Origin: Opitutales bacterium
GTDB taxonomy: Bacteria > Verrucomicrobiota > Verrucomicrobiia > Opitutales > JABSRG01
Reading direction: 5' to 3'
Length of the DNA: 10,094 nucleotides
Assembly: GCA_049599475.1 (NCBI GenBank)
Contig: JBMYOQ010000114.1
Location: 1 to 10,094, forward strand
Every line of letters begins with the position of its first letter. Within the stretch, counting starts at the first letter, position 1. Below, one piece after another: positions 1 to 8,500 of this stretch. Made by a program: the position numbers and the translations under genes. The notes below the pieces were generated by a model. That model did no database searches, had not been told where the DNA came from, and worked only from the letters and a program-made list of their open reading frames with translations.

Positions 1-3
1 CTT

Positions 4-59
4 GTTTATCGGCATACGCATCCAGCGTTCCCGATAAACTCCCATGTCATCTACATGGG
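4..59. other. Two adjacent stem-loops (possible terminator or processing structure of a gene left of the window)
   Basis: GTTTATCGG (4-12) pairs with CCGATAAAC (31-39), with an inner ACGC/GCGT stem. CCCATGT (41-47) pairs with ACATGGG (53-59). There is no clear U-tract, and left context is missing. Confidence 0.35.
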
Positions 60-107
60 CATGCAATAACCTTCTAGCTATCAGCCAAGACAGGCCGCCT
101 CTAAAAA

Positions 108-203
108 GGTAGCGCTGGCTCACCGAGCCGGCATAGGCGCGTGAGCCCAAGCAACCTATGCGGTTAAGGCCGAGTCATGCCGGCTCGGTCAGCCGGTGCT
201 ATC
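108..203 (-). repeat. REP-doublet (REPIN-like) element, copy 1 (most intact)
   Basis: 25-bp terminal inverted repeat, 110-134 vs 177-201 (3 differences, 2 of them G-T wobble). Left unit is GTAG-C-GCTGGCTC-ACC-GAGCCGGC; right unit on the minus strand is ATAG-C-ACCGGCTG-ACC-GAGCCGGC; spacer 133-178 is 46 nt. The reverse complement matches 9995-10063 at 59/69 and 8721-8773 at 44/53 (ungapped, counted by hand). Confidence 0.85.
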
Positions 204-257
204 CAAATAGTGCGTTCTCCAGACCCTTGAGGCTGCCTCTGATTACATGCGAATTTA

Positions 258-297
258 GAAAGCGAAGCGTACCCGATGATGGATACACTTCGCTTTT
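258..297 (-). terminator. Rho-independent terminator for the minus-strand gene run (possibly bidirectional)
   Basis: 259-274 pairs with 281-296. On the minus strand this is an uninterrupted 16-bp stem with two G-U pairs and a 6-nt loop, ending UUUCU. It lies ~115 nt past the stop at 414. The plus strand is also followed by T-rich sequence (TTTTCCGTTTATTTT). Confidence 0.7.
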
Positions 298-413
298 CCG
301 TTTATTTTGAGATTACTGAAAGATCTCCTATCCTACAGCTACTTCCCAAAGTTATATCATATATTTCAGTGAATAATTACCTGAGCCATATTTTGATATA
401 GCAATAATTCGAC

Positions 414-1169
414 CTACTTGGATTTTAAGTTTCTGTAGCTTAGAAACAGTGCCAATGGGACTAAGTAATGCGGACCTCGAACGAGAATTTCGTGCCAGGC
501 TCCAATACCGCTATAAGTCAAACGGGCGAGCGCGGTAATGAGTCCCCATATCATCATATAACGCAGCACCAAAAAGACAGTTTGTTTCCTGAAGAAGCAT
601 AGGTGAAACGCCAGCAAAAGGTCAAAGGTCCCTATCATGTGGAGGAGCAGGATCGCAGTGTCCAGTTCGATGGGAAAACCGATATCGGAGAAAAATGCGA
701 GCAAGTAGTCCGTAAATAGGACATCCGATACAAGCGCCTTCAGGCCATGACCAACAAAAGTGAGCGAAATTCCAAAGATCAAAACACCATGCGCCCATTT
801 CGTTCTTTTAAGCGAGATAAAGAGCAGTGCTACAGGTAGGGCAACGCGAATGGCGTGAGAGACGATATTGAACGAAGCACTGGTTTCAGGAGGATAAACG
901 GTCAGGCAGTAAGCATTCGTTAAAATAACCATTGCGCCCGTCAAGGTAAACGCATGCGCCCACAACTTCGGGATCCATACAGCGATGGATGCCATAATGA
1001 GGACCGCGATCATGACGGAGACGACATTACTGGCAAATGTCTCAGTGAAATCGTTTCCGATATAGAGGTATGAAAACGTCGTATTCGAGTAGCGAGCATA
1101 TTGCCACGCAGTGATGCCGTAGCACAGCATCGTAGCGATTTTCAAAATCAACCGGGGTTCTCTGGGCAT
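414..1169 (-). CDS. Polytopic integral membrane protein, DoxX-like family resemblance, function unknown
   Basis: 251-aa ORF with about 7-8 hydrophobic segments. The C-terminal half has the pattern TFVGHG...IGTFDLLLA...WGLITALAR...EILVRGPHYLVPLAL, which I recall from DoxX-like hypothetical membrane proteins. The ATG lies 4 nt after the upstream stop at 1174, suggesting an operon. Confidence 0.75.
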   Translation of the reverse strand: MPREPRLILKIATMLCYGITAWQYARYSNTTFSYLYIGNDFTETFASNVVSVMIAVLIMASIAVWIPKLWAHAFTLTGAMVILTNAYCLTVYPPETSASFNIVSHAIRVALPVALLFISLKRTKWAHGVLIFGISLTFVGHGLKALVSDVLFTDYLLAFFSDIGFPIELDTAILLLHMIGTFDLLLAFHLCFFRKQTVFLVLRYMMIWGLITALARLTYSGIGAWHEILVRGPHYLVPLALFLSYRNLKSK

Positions 1170-1173
1170 TCAG

Positions 1174-2436
1174 TTATCGCTTTCTAGGGAAGAAGTCGAA
1201 CTGATCCAGAACGCTCGCATTCATGCCGATCGTCTTATATTCAATTTTTTCCGGAGTGACGCGAAGTAGCATGAGGTGGTCACCTTTGGAAGCGAAGCCG
1301 GGAGCTTCCAGATACCAGAGGTCTTTAGGGTCTCTTTGGGGAGCGCCATAGCCACCTTCGCCCAGATATACTACGCCACTGGGGTCTTGCTCGTTGTTTC
1401 TTATAGGGACGGTTCGCTTGATGCAGTGTCCGTCCGATTCAAGGACGAGATCGATGTTGTAAGATTCGAAATGTGGGACCAGCCTTTGCAGCATACCTGG
1501 CTTCTTCACAGCAGGATAGACTGGACGGTGAAAGGCGACGAGCTGCCAGCGGACTTTCTCGCTCTTATACCTTTCCAATGTTTCCTTTAGAAAAGATTCC
1601 TGCACTCCAGTAGAAGGGATTTCGGAATTAAGCACAGCGATTCGAAAATTCGGAGCCAATTTGCATGAGTAGAGAAAATTTTCATTCCCCCCCGGCATGT
1701 CATAGGCTTCCGAATACACAGGTGACCTTGAAATATCTTCATGGTTGCCGACAACGGGTATGATGGGAAGAAGTCTTCCATTCTCCGACGTCGTTCTTTC
1801 CCAAGCCGCCAGCCACGGGCGCCAGTGTGATACGGTGCCCCTACTCGCGAAATCGCCCCCGTGAATGGCTGCCAGGATCTCAGGGTCCTTCGCGGCCATT
1901 TCACCCAACTGCGTACTAATCGTCTCAGCGACATCAATATTGGATCTGGAATCGCCGACATAGATTAACTTGAAATTGCGGTCGTCATTCGGAGCGGTCC
2001 TGAAATGAAACTGTGCACTCTCTTGGCCATCACTGTGCGCAGTCAAATGGTATACCGTGGAGGGCATTAATCCCTGAATCCGGACATGTCTATAATACCA
2101 AGGCTCTTCGTCAACAGAGGCCTCTTCATCTTTCTTCTTTTTCTTTCCTTTCTTCTCCTTCCCTTGGGACGGAGTGTAGGCCTTAGTCGAAGTTGCTGAG
2201 ATTCTTAGGGGTTCGTTGCCTTCCTCCCAAAGTATCAAATAATCGCCCTCTGTCTTCATATCACTTTCCCAGCTGATGGTGGCGTGCGTCTGAGGGGTAG
2301 TGGTCCAGACAAGGCGCAGATTCTGAAAATTGTCTTTCGCCTTAAGCCCAGCGGCTGAAGCTAGCAGTGCGAACATCAACGAGAATAACGTGCAAGTTCT
2401 ATTAATTTTTATATATGCTATATTTTTTGAATACAT
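1174..2436 (-). CDS. Secreted purple-acid-phosphatase-like metallophosphoesterase with N-terminal FN3-type domain
   Basis: N-terminal domain (ATISWES...YRHVRIQGLMPSTVYH...FHFRTAP) followed by calcineurin-like motifs VGDSR, HGGDF, VGNHE, AFHRP and ESDGH. Signal-peptide-like segment TLFSLMFALLASAAGLKA. The ORF is open to 2466; the ATG at 2436 (MYSKN) is chosen because it gives a more normal signal peptide, but the start is uncertain. Confidence 0.85.
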   Translation of the reverse strand: MYSKNIAYIKINRTCTLFSLMFALLASAAGLKAKDNFQNLRLVWTTTPQTHATISWESDMKTEGDYLILWEEGNEPLRISATSTKAYTPSQGKEKKGKKKKKDEEASVDEEPWYYRHVRIQGLMPSTVYHLTAHSDGQESAQFHFRTAPNDDRNFKLIYVGDSRSNIDVAETISTQLGEMAAKDPEILAAIHGGDFASRGTVSHWRPWLAAWERTTSENGRLLPIIPVVGNHEDISRSPVYSEAYDMPGGNENFLYSCKLAPNFRIAVLNSEIPSTGVQESFLKETLERYKSEKVRWQLVAFHRPVYPAVKKPGMLQRLVPHFESYNIDLVLESDGHCIKRTVPIRNNEQDPSGVVYLGEGGYGAPQRDPKDLWYLEAPGFASKGDHLMLLRVTPEKIEYKTIGMNASVLDQFDFFPRKR

Positions 2437-2487
2437 AATGAATACCCGAACCCAGCAGCGCTCCATGATTCGTTGCTAGATCTAAAA

Positions 2488-4842
2488 TTACTCAACAGTG
2501 ATCGTAATAGTATTGGACAAGGTCCTATCTCCATTAACATCGACCATCCTCAGATAGATCGTGTGTTCTCCGGGATTTAACCCGCTAGCCGTATACTCAT
2601 AGGGAGGCTCTGAAATATTTTTCGCGCGCTCTCCATTAATGAAGAACTGGACCCGATCAATGGTCTCTGGGCTATATACATTCGCAACGATCTGAACATC
2701 CCCCGAAATAACATCTTCGTCCGATGGAGAGATAAAACGCACAAATGCAGGTGTCGGCTCCAGCTTGTAGAACATCGAACTTACTCCTTCTTCCAAGACA
2801 TTTATATCCTGATACATATCGATAGGATGAGCCATATTCTCGCTTACCAAGGTCCACTGTCCATTTAAGTCCTGGGTTTTGTAGAGATCAAAATGTTGCT
2901 CGGGCGACGAAGCCCAAATAAGCGTCACGTCTCCGGAAGTTGAATCCACAGCACCTATCATCAATTCTTTTGCACTGTAAAGCGCGGTCACCGTCACGTC
3001 ATTATCCGGCATAGTGAAGCTTGTATTTGGCAGGCTCGCGTTAGCGAATGCCCCACCATCATTCGTTGTCCAAGTGTTAAACTGATATCCAGCCTGAGGA
3101 GCATCTGCGGTGATCGGCACAGCAACATTCGTCGCATAAGCTCCATCTCCAGTTCCAGATATAACCGTAAGATCATAGAGTCCACCCACCGTAATGATCA
3201 CGGTATCACTATCAGTCTCTCCGTCGTCATCTGTTACTGTAAGCGTGATCGTATGGGTTCCTACAGGTAGTGCCACTGATGGACTCACTCCTGAGGCAAT
3301 AGGGCTTCCATCCTTACTCCAAATATAGCTCACCAAGGAGCCGTCAGGATCGCTGGATCCAGAACCATCTAGCATCACGGTCTCACTGTCGTTATCATCG
3401 TTGTCGGCAACGATTTGATCGGCGCCGGCCTGCGCCGTAGGCGGAACTGTATTTACGTTTGAGCCGAGGCGAATACGCTTGATACGCACCCACCCCCCAT
3501 CTTCCGGTGAAGGGCTAGGTTGAAACAGGAGGTAATTCATCGCACCGTTGTAACTATTGAAAGATGAGAGATTCACTGTGTAGGTGCGGAATTCACCATC
3601 CCCTATGATATTAAAACGAGTCCCCCCGGCAACAGTGGGATCGTACGTATTGCCATCATAGTCGCTCCATATGACAGTGGCCTGTCTCTGATTGGTATTG
3701 AAGGCGGCTTCAATATGCACAACAGGCGCATCCTCTGCCTGCCAAACGGTCGGAGGACTGAATGCAGTCAAATTGCTTCGATTTAGATCAAGCTCGATGA
3801 ATCCCTCAATGGGCCAGCCCTCGTCGGAACCATCGCCATTGTCCGAACTATAACGCCAATGCTGTCGATCTTTCTCGAACTTCCAGTCTGGAAGTCCAGC
3901 ACTCCCACCCTGGCTGACAGCGTGAGCACGGATCTCATCAAGGCTTCCAAGTATCAGGGTATAGTTATACTCATAGACAATGTTGTGATCGAGAATCTCG
4001 GTGTGCAGCGGCGCAAAGTATCCAGTCGGAGTATCTGTAGTGCCGCCAACGCCTTCTTCCCCAGCAAAACCACCAATGAAGAGCGAGTTATCTGGCTTGT
4101 AGAGGCCTAGCCCCCAATCGTCGTCGTTAACCAGGGCTGCCCAATTTTCCGTAGCCAACCAGTAATCCCATGGAAATTCACCAGGAGCAGCATTCTTCTT
4201 AGGGATGCGCACCACGTCGTCGCCCGTGAATGGTTTATCGCCCCGGTATGTCATCAGCCTATAGTATGGGCCGTTGGTGTAAACTGCAGGCAATTCCTGA
4301 TGCCTTCCTGCGTATTGAGTCGTGTCTGAACGCGCATTCACCAAGCGAGCGGTCACCTCAGCAGTGTTGCCTTTAAGTACAATAAAAGATTCATAAGTAC
4401 ATTCTCCCGGAATATTGTTGAGCGGCCACTGCTTCGGGATGCACTTCACATAGATGGTATTTCCCTCCACGCGTAGCTCCACAATCTCAGACCCATTGCC
4501 GAAATCATCACCCGCCTGGATAGGATTCCATCCGATATGCGCCCAGTTCTCTGCAGGCTCCTGGCCATTCTCCGTATAAGGCACAGGGCCGGAGAAGAAA
4601 GACATCTGGACCTGACGCCCCCAGTCGAAGTTGTTGATGATATTATCATCACTGCCAGAGACAGAGAGATAAGTAATCGCCCCACCAAGATCTTTGCTCA
4701 CTCCGAGCTTGATCGTGCCGTTATCAACGAACTCAAGCTGGCTCGGGTCAAACTCTGGGCTTGCAAAAGCCATTTTAGCTCCGACTATAGAAATCAGATA
4801 AGTTAATAAATATCTTGATACAAATTCGTACATTTTAGTCAT
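2488..4842 (-). CDS. Secreted modular protein: uncharacterised N-terminal beta-rich domain + CBM-like domain + PKD + InlB-B-repeat-like domain + PVC-type module + bacterial Ig-like domain
   Basis: The 789-aa ORF is open to a TTG at 4857; the ATG at 4842 has GGAG 8 nt upstream. Signal peptide ends AFA|S. PKD signature PPTAQAGADQ...LDGSGSSDPDGSLVSYIW...GTHTITLTVTDDDG at ORF aa 472-557. Repeat YDLTV.SGTGDG.Y...GYQFNTW...FTMP..DVTVTALY at aa 561-627. Ig-like domain IDRVQFFING...PPYEY...GEHTI at aa 703-789. Confidence 0.9.
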   Translation of the reverse strand: MTKMYEFVSRYLLTYLISIVGAKMAFASPEFDPSQLEFVDNGTIKLGVSKDLGGAITYLSVSGSDDNIINNFDWGRQVQMSFFSGPVPYTENGQEPAENWAHIGWNPIQAGDDFGNGSEIVELRVEGNTIYVKCIPKQWPLNNIPGECTYESFIVLKGNTAEVTARLVNARSDTTQYAGRHQELPAVYTNGPYYRLMTYRGDKPFTGDDVVRIPKKNAAPGEFPWDYWLATENWAALVNDDDWGLGLYKPDNSLFIGGFAGEEGVGGTTDTPTGYFAPLHTEILDHNIVYEYNYTLILGSLDEIRAHAVSQGGSAGLPDWKFEKDRQHWRYSSDNGDGSDEGWPIEGFIELDLNRSNLTAFSPPTVWQAEDAPVVHIEAAFNTNQRQATVIWSDYDGNTYDPTVAGGTRFNIIGDGEFRTYTVNLSSFNSYNGAMNYLLFQPSPSPEDGGWVRIKRIRLGSNVNTVPPTAQAGADQIVADNDDNDSETVMLDGSGSSDPDGSLVSYIWSKDGSPIASGVSPSVALPVGTHTITLTVTDDDGETDSDTVIITVGGLYDLTVISGTGDGAYATNVAVPITADAPQAGYQFNTWTTNDGGAFANASLPNTSFTMPDNDVTVTALYSAKELMIGAVDSTSGDVTLIWASSPEQHFDLYKTQDLNGQWTLVSENMAHPIDMYQDINVLEEGVSSMFYKLEPTPAFVRFISPSDEDVISGDVQIVANVYSPETIDRVQFFINGERAKNISEPPYEYTASGLNPGEHTIYLRMVDVNGDRTLSNTITITVE

Positions 4843-4901
4843 TTTAAGTTCTCCCAAATTTCAACAATTGCGTTTTCGAATCTTCCGTTCTCATCGTCCC
4901 T

Positions 4902-5096
4902 TCACACGTATTGTTTTCCAAAATACGCCCAAACAGCCAGGAGCCTCCCCGTCATCATATCATCAACGGTGAAAGATATTATGTTGGGGCGCGTTGCGGG
5001 AGCCGGGGTAATTATCCCGATCGCCCAAAGCATACTCACGCCGAAAGCAACGAGTAAGGTCGCGGCAGCTATGTTAGCTCTAGGTAAATTGATCAT
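4902..5096 (-). pseudogene. Truncated, frameshifted sulfatase gene remnant (signal peptide + first motif only)
   Basis: MINLPRANIAAATLLVAFGVSMLWAIG... is followed by RPNIISFTVDDM (4991-4956), the canonical S1 sulfatase N-terminal metal-binding motif. Skipping 2 nt after DDM gives DGEAPGCLG, resembling the usual DDMxxxxxGCxG continuation. No CxPxR follows before the next gene. Confidence 0.65.
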
Positions 5097-5352
5097 GAGG
5101 GGCCAAATCCGATCGATCCACACGAAGGCTCAAATACTCCACGAAAGCACTACACTCTCGCAAATTATCGAAACCGTTCCTGTTAGGGTTTAATCGACGG
5201 AAGAGACACCTTAACATATTATTTAAAACCTAGATTCGCGTATTCCGTCAAAGCCATGGGCTTTTCCGCCAATCCCAACATTTTGCCCCTAAATCAACCA
5301 GGCTATTGCCTTTTCAATCCATCACAAAGACTCGTATAGCCGAAAAGGGTCG

Positions 5353-5390
5353 GTGTGAATTCGACAATACAAGTTTGACGAAAATCACAC
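5353..5390. promoter_or_regulatory. Imperfect inverted repeat in the divergent intergenic region (possible operator)
   Basis: GTGTGAATTCGACAA (5353-5367) vs TTGACGAAAATCACAC (5375-5390). The outer GTGTGA/TCACAC is perfect; the inner part has mismatches and one indel. It overlaps a TTGACG hexamer. Confidence 0.3.
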
Positions 5391-5498
5391 TGTTAATGGC
5401 GAAAAACACAAAGTTAAAGAAAACGGCGATGTGAGACAATTAGGGTTTTTTGTAGCTCCGACACCCCGTCGGGCTCATTTGAGGCAGAATTCAGAGAA

Positions 5499-5540
5499 AT
5501 CGCCTCTAAGAACACCCTGATCGCCTCTAAGAACACCCTG
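5499..5540 (+). repeat. Perfect 21-bp tandem duplication directly upstream of the sulfatase start
   Basis: ATCGCCTCTAAGAACACCCTG at 5499-5519 and again at 5520-5540; the ATG is at 5549. Confidence 0.95.
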
Positions 5541-5548
5541 TACAGAAC

Positions 5549-8500
5549 ATGCCCCTCCTCCCCCGAATGTCCCGCATGGTAGCTGCCATGGCTCCTCTGC
5601 TTCTATCTTCACTTGTCCAGGCGCAAGTCACTCTAGACTGGACCGAGCGCGCGAACAGCGTCGACACCGGCCCCTGGTCGATTGAAATTATTAACACAGG
5701 TGGCACCCCCTCCTACGGCATTGTAAGCGGCGGGGATAGTCCTGCTTTGAGAGACGCCTTCAGCGAAACCGAGGACACTTCATTCACTCTCACGCTTCAA
5801 GGGCTCGATACCAATTTCGATCCCACAGATTTCACCAGCGGCACCCCCGCAAAGATTGATTCAAACTCTAAGGGAGCTGCAATCAATACCAACACGGGCA
5901 TTCTGTTCACCCTTGATCTTGCAAATCTGGATGCAGATCAAGGCCTTGAGATTTCTGCATTTACCTCAAATGAAAGCAGCTCCCTGACAATCTGCCTCAA
6001 CGAGGAACGCATTAGCAGTGCCGATACATTTCTCGGCATCACGGCCACCCATCAAGACCAAATAGCCTTCGTCGCAGAATCCGGCAACGCCCGCCTGCAA
6101 ACAATCACGCTCGATATCGTTACCGTTAATCAGGTTATTACCGCCGATCCAATCCAAGATCTAAACGCAAGTATCGCTGAAAGCATTACAATATCTAGCT
6201 GGACCGATCAATCTGGCAATGGCAACGACGCTCTACCCGAGATTGGCAACGTCACCTACCCCAGCTCATCCCTCTTATCCACAGGTATCCCAGGAATCGA
6301 TTTCGGAAGCGAGCGCACCAGCATAGAGCTTTTCTCTTCCAGCGAATCCGCAGCATGGCTGGATCAATCGAGTAATCCCAACGGCTTCGCAATAATGGTC
6401 GCATTCAAATGCGAAGACATTGTGCCAGGGGTGTTTAATGACCTCCTGGGCAATTCAACCGACAGCACTACAGGCCTGCAATTGGGCTACACCGAGAACG
6501 GACAGTTACAAGTCACCTTGAACGGCACCGTCCTATCGACCCCTCCTGCCAGTGCCCTAGAAGCGGGCGACACCGTTATCGCGGCCCTCAACTATGATGC
6601 CGACGCGAGCACCCTTTCTCTCTGGAATTCAATATCTGGCACCTCATTTGAAACATCTGTGATCCCGACAGACTTTTCTACAGATCAGCCCGTTACCGCG
6701 GGAAGCATCGATGCGCCGAACCAATATATCAATGGGGTGATCGGTGCTATTCAGGTCTTCGACCAATCACTCAACCAAGACCTATTCGCTAGCACCCGCT
6801 CGAGCTTCACCAGTGACTGGGTACTCCGCCCCAATATCATCATGTTCTTCGTCGACGACATGCCCTGGTATGACACACCCGTCGCCATGGATGACCGCAT
6901 GCCGAACTCTTATCGCGCGGCCCTGCGTCGCCTCGAGATTAATGGCGAGCCCTATAAATGGAACATCGCACGTCTCGCCACCGAAGGCATGACTTTTCTA
7001 AACGGCTACGCCAGTGCACCTCAATGCACTCCCAGCCGAGCCTCCCTGCAAACGGGACAATCGACAGCCCGCAACCGCGTCGCCGTCAGCGGAGGAGACT
7101 GGGGGGAATTCAGAGAAGAAGTCGGAGGTGAACCCAATAAATTTCCTGTCATAGAAAATGGGGTACAGTTCCCACTAACGGCTCCCATGATCCCTCAAGT
7201 ATTAGCACCTTTTGGGTATCAATGTGCGCACTACGGAAAATGGCATATCGAGCCCGCGCCTGGGATCGCTGGCTATGCCGACAGCGACGGGAGCACGAAC
7301 AATAATGATGGCTCGCCCAACGAACCAAACAATCCAAAACGGATTCCAGAGATCACCGATAGGGCGATCAATTTCATAACGACACAGCACAATGCCAAAC
7401 AGCCCTTCTATCTCCAACTCTCGCAGTATGCAGTCCACCGCCAATTCCAGTCGCTCGACAGCTCTCAGGCTCTCTTTTTAAACGACGAGGCGGTAAATGG
7501 CGATGAGGGGATCGCTACCTACTTAGGGATGGTCTACGATTTGGACCAAGCCTTGGGGCAATTAATGACTCATCTCGAGTCGCTCGGCATTTACGACAAT
7601 ACCTATATCATTTTCACCGCGGACAATGGCGACCGCGCAAACATCTCTCTCAGCGAGATGAAGGAACCTTTCTACGGAGACAAATGGATGCTCTGGCAAC
7701 TCGGGATTCGTGTTCCCCTCATAGTCAGTGGGCCCAGTGTAGTCGAAGGAGACAGAACAGCGTTTAATGCAGTGACCTATGATTTCTTGCCGACCTTTCT
7801 AGACTGGGCAGGGGGAAATCCCAGCACGCTCTCCAATATCGATGGCATCAGCCTCAAAGGACTCCTTGAAGGCGAAAGCCAATCCGATGAACGGGTCAAC
7901 CGCTCGCTCTACTTCCACTACCCGCACTACAGGAACTCGATGCCCATGTCCGCAGTCGTTCAAGGTAAATGGAAAATGCTCCGCGCATGGGACGGTGAGA
8001 TCCGTATTGACGAGCACCAGATCAGCGATCGAGACATGCTCTTTGATCTCTCAATCGACCCCGGTGAGTTTCACAACCTCAACAACACTTCCCCGGAATT
8101 AAGCACCAAAACGGATGAGCTGGCAGCAGAGCTGGATGCATACCTCACAGAGGTGGATGCATGGGTGCCAGCCGACAATTCAGTCGCCTACTTAGCAGAC
8201 AACGGCCAGACTTTTGACGCCTTGAAGGATAAAGCAAACGACAATTATCCACTCTTTGAAGGCACCCGCCCGCCCAACCTCAACTACTCTCTGAATGACC
8301 TGGATAAATCCCCACTAGAGTACTGGTTTGACAATTGGGGCGTGGATATCGGCAACGCCGAAAACGATTTCGACTTGGATGGATTTACGAACTTACTCGA
8401 ATACAATCTGGGGACAGACCCCACAGCCCCTGATCCAGATACTCCACTCCTGCTTCCATTTGTAAACGAAGGCAGTGCGAATCTCGAATTCCAGTTTACC

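Noticed and set aside
1276..1961. Short ORFs 1276-1590 (+) and 1587-1961 (-)
   Set aside because: They lie entirely within the phosphoesterase gene, in antisense or alternative frames, and have no recognisable motifs.
2672..4806. Short ORFs 2672-2857, 2994-3185, 3859-4110, 4446-4688 and 4537-4806
   Set aside because: Shadow ORFs inside the well-supported 789-aa gene.
4969..5193. 74-aa plus-strand ORF
   Set aside because: It is antisense to the sulfatase remnant, which carries the recognisable motif, and has no features of its own.
5220..5403. Sigma70 promoters at the two TTGACG hexamers
   Set aside because: No convincing TATAAT-like box lies at 16-18 nt spacing on either strand.
5499..5540. 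21-bp repeat as a CRISPR array or target-site duplication
   Set aside because: The copies are directly adjacent with no spacer or intervening element, and no cas or transposase gene is in the window.
5966..8102. Six short ORFs overlapping the sulfatase
   Set aside because: Alternative-frame or antisense shadows, several with biased Ser/Thr/Arg composition.
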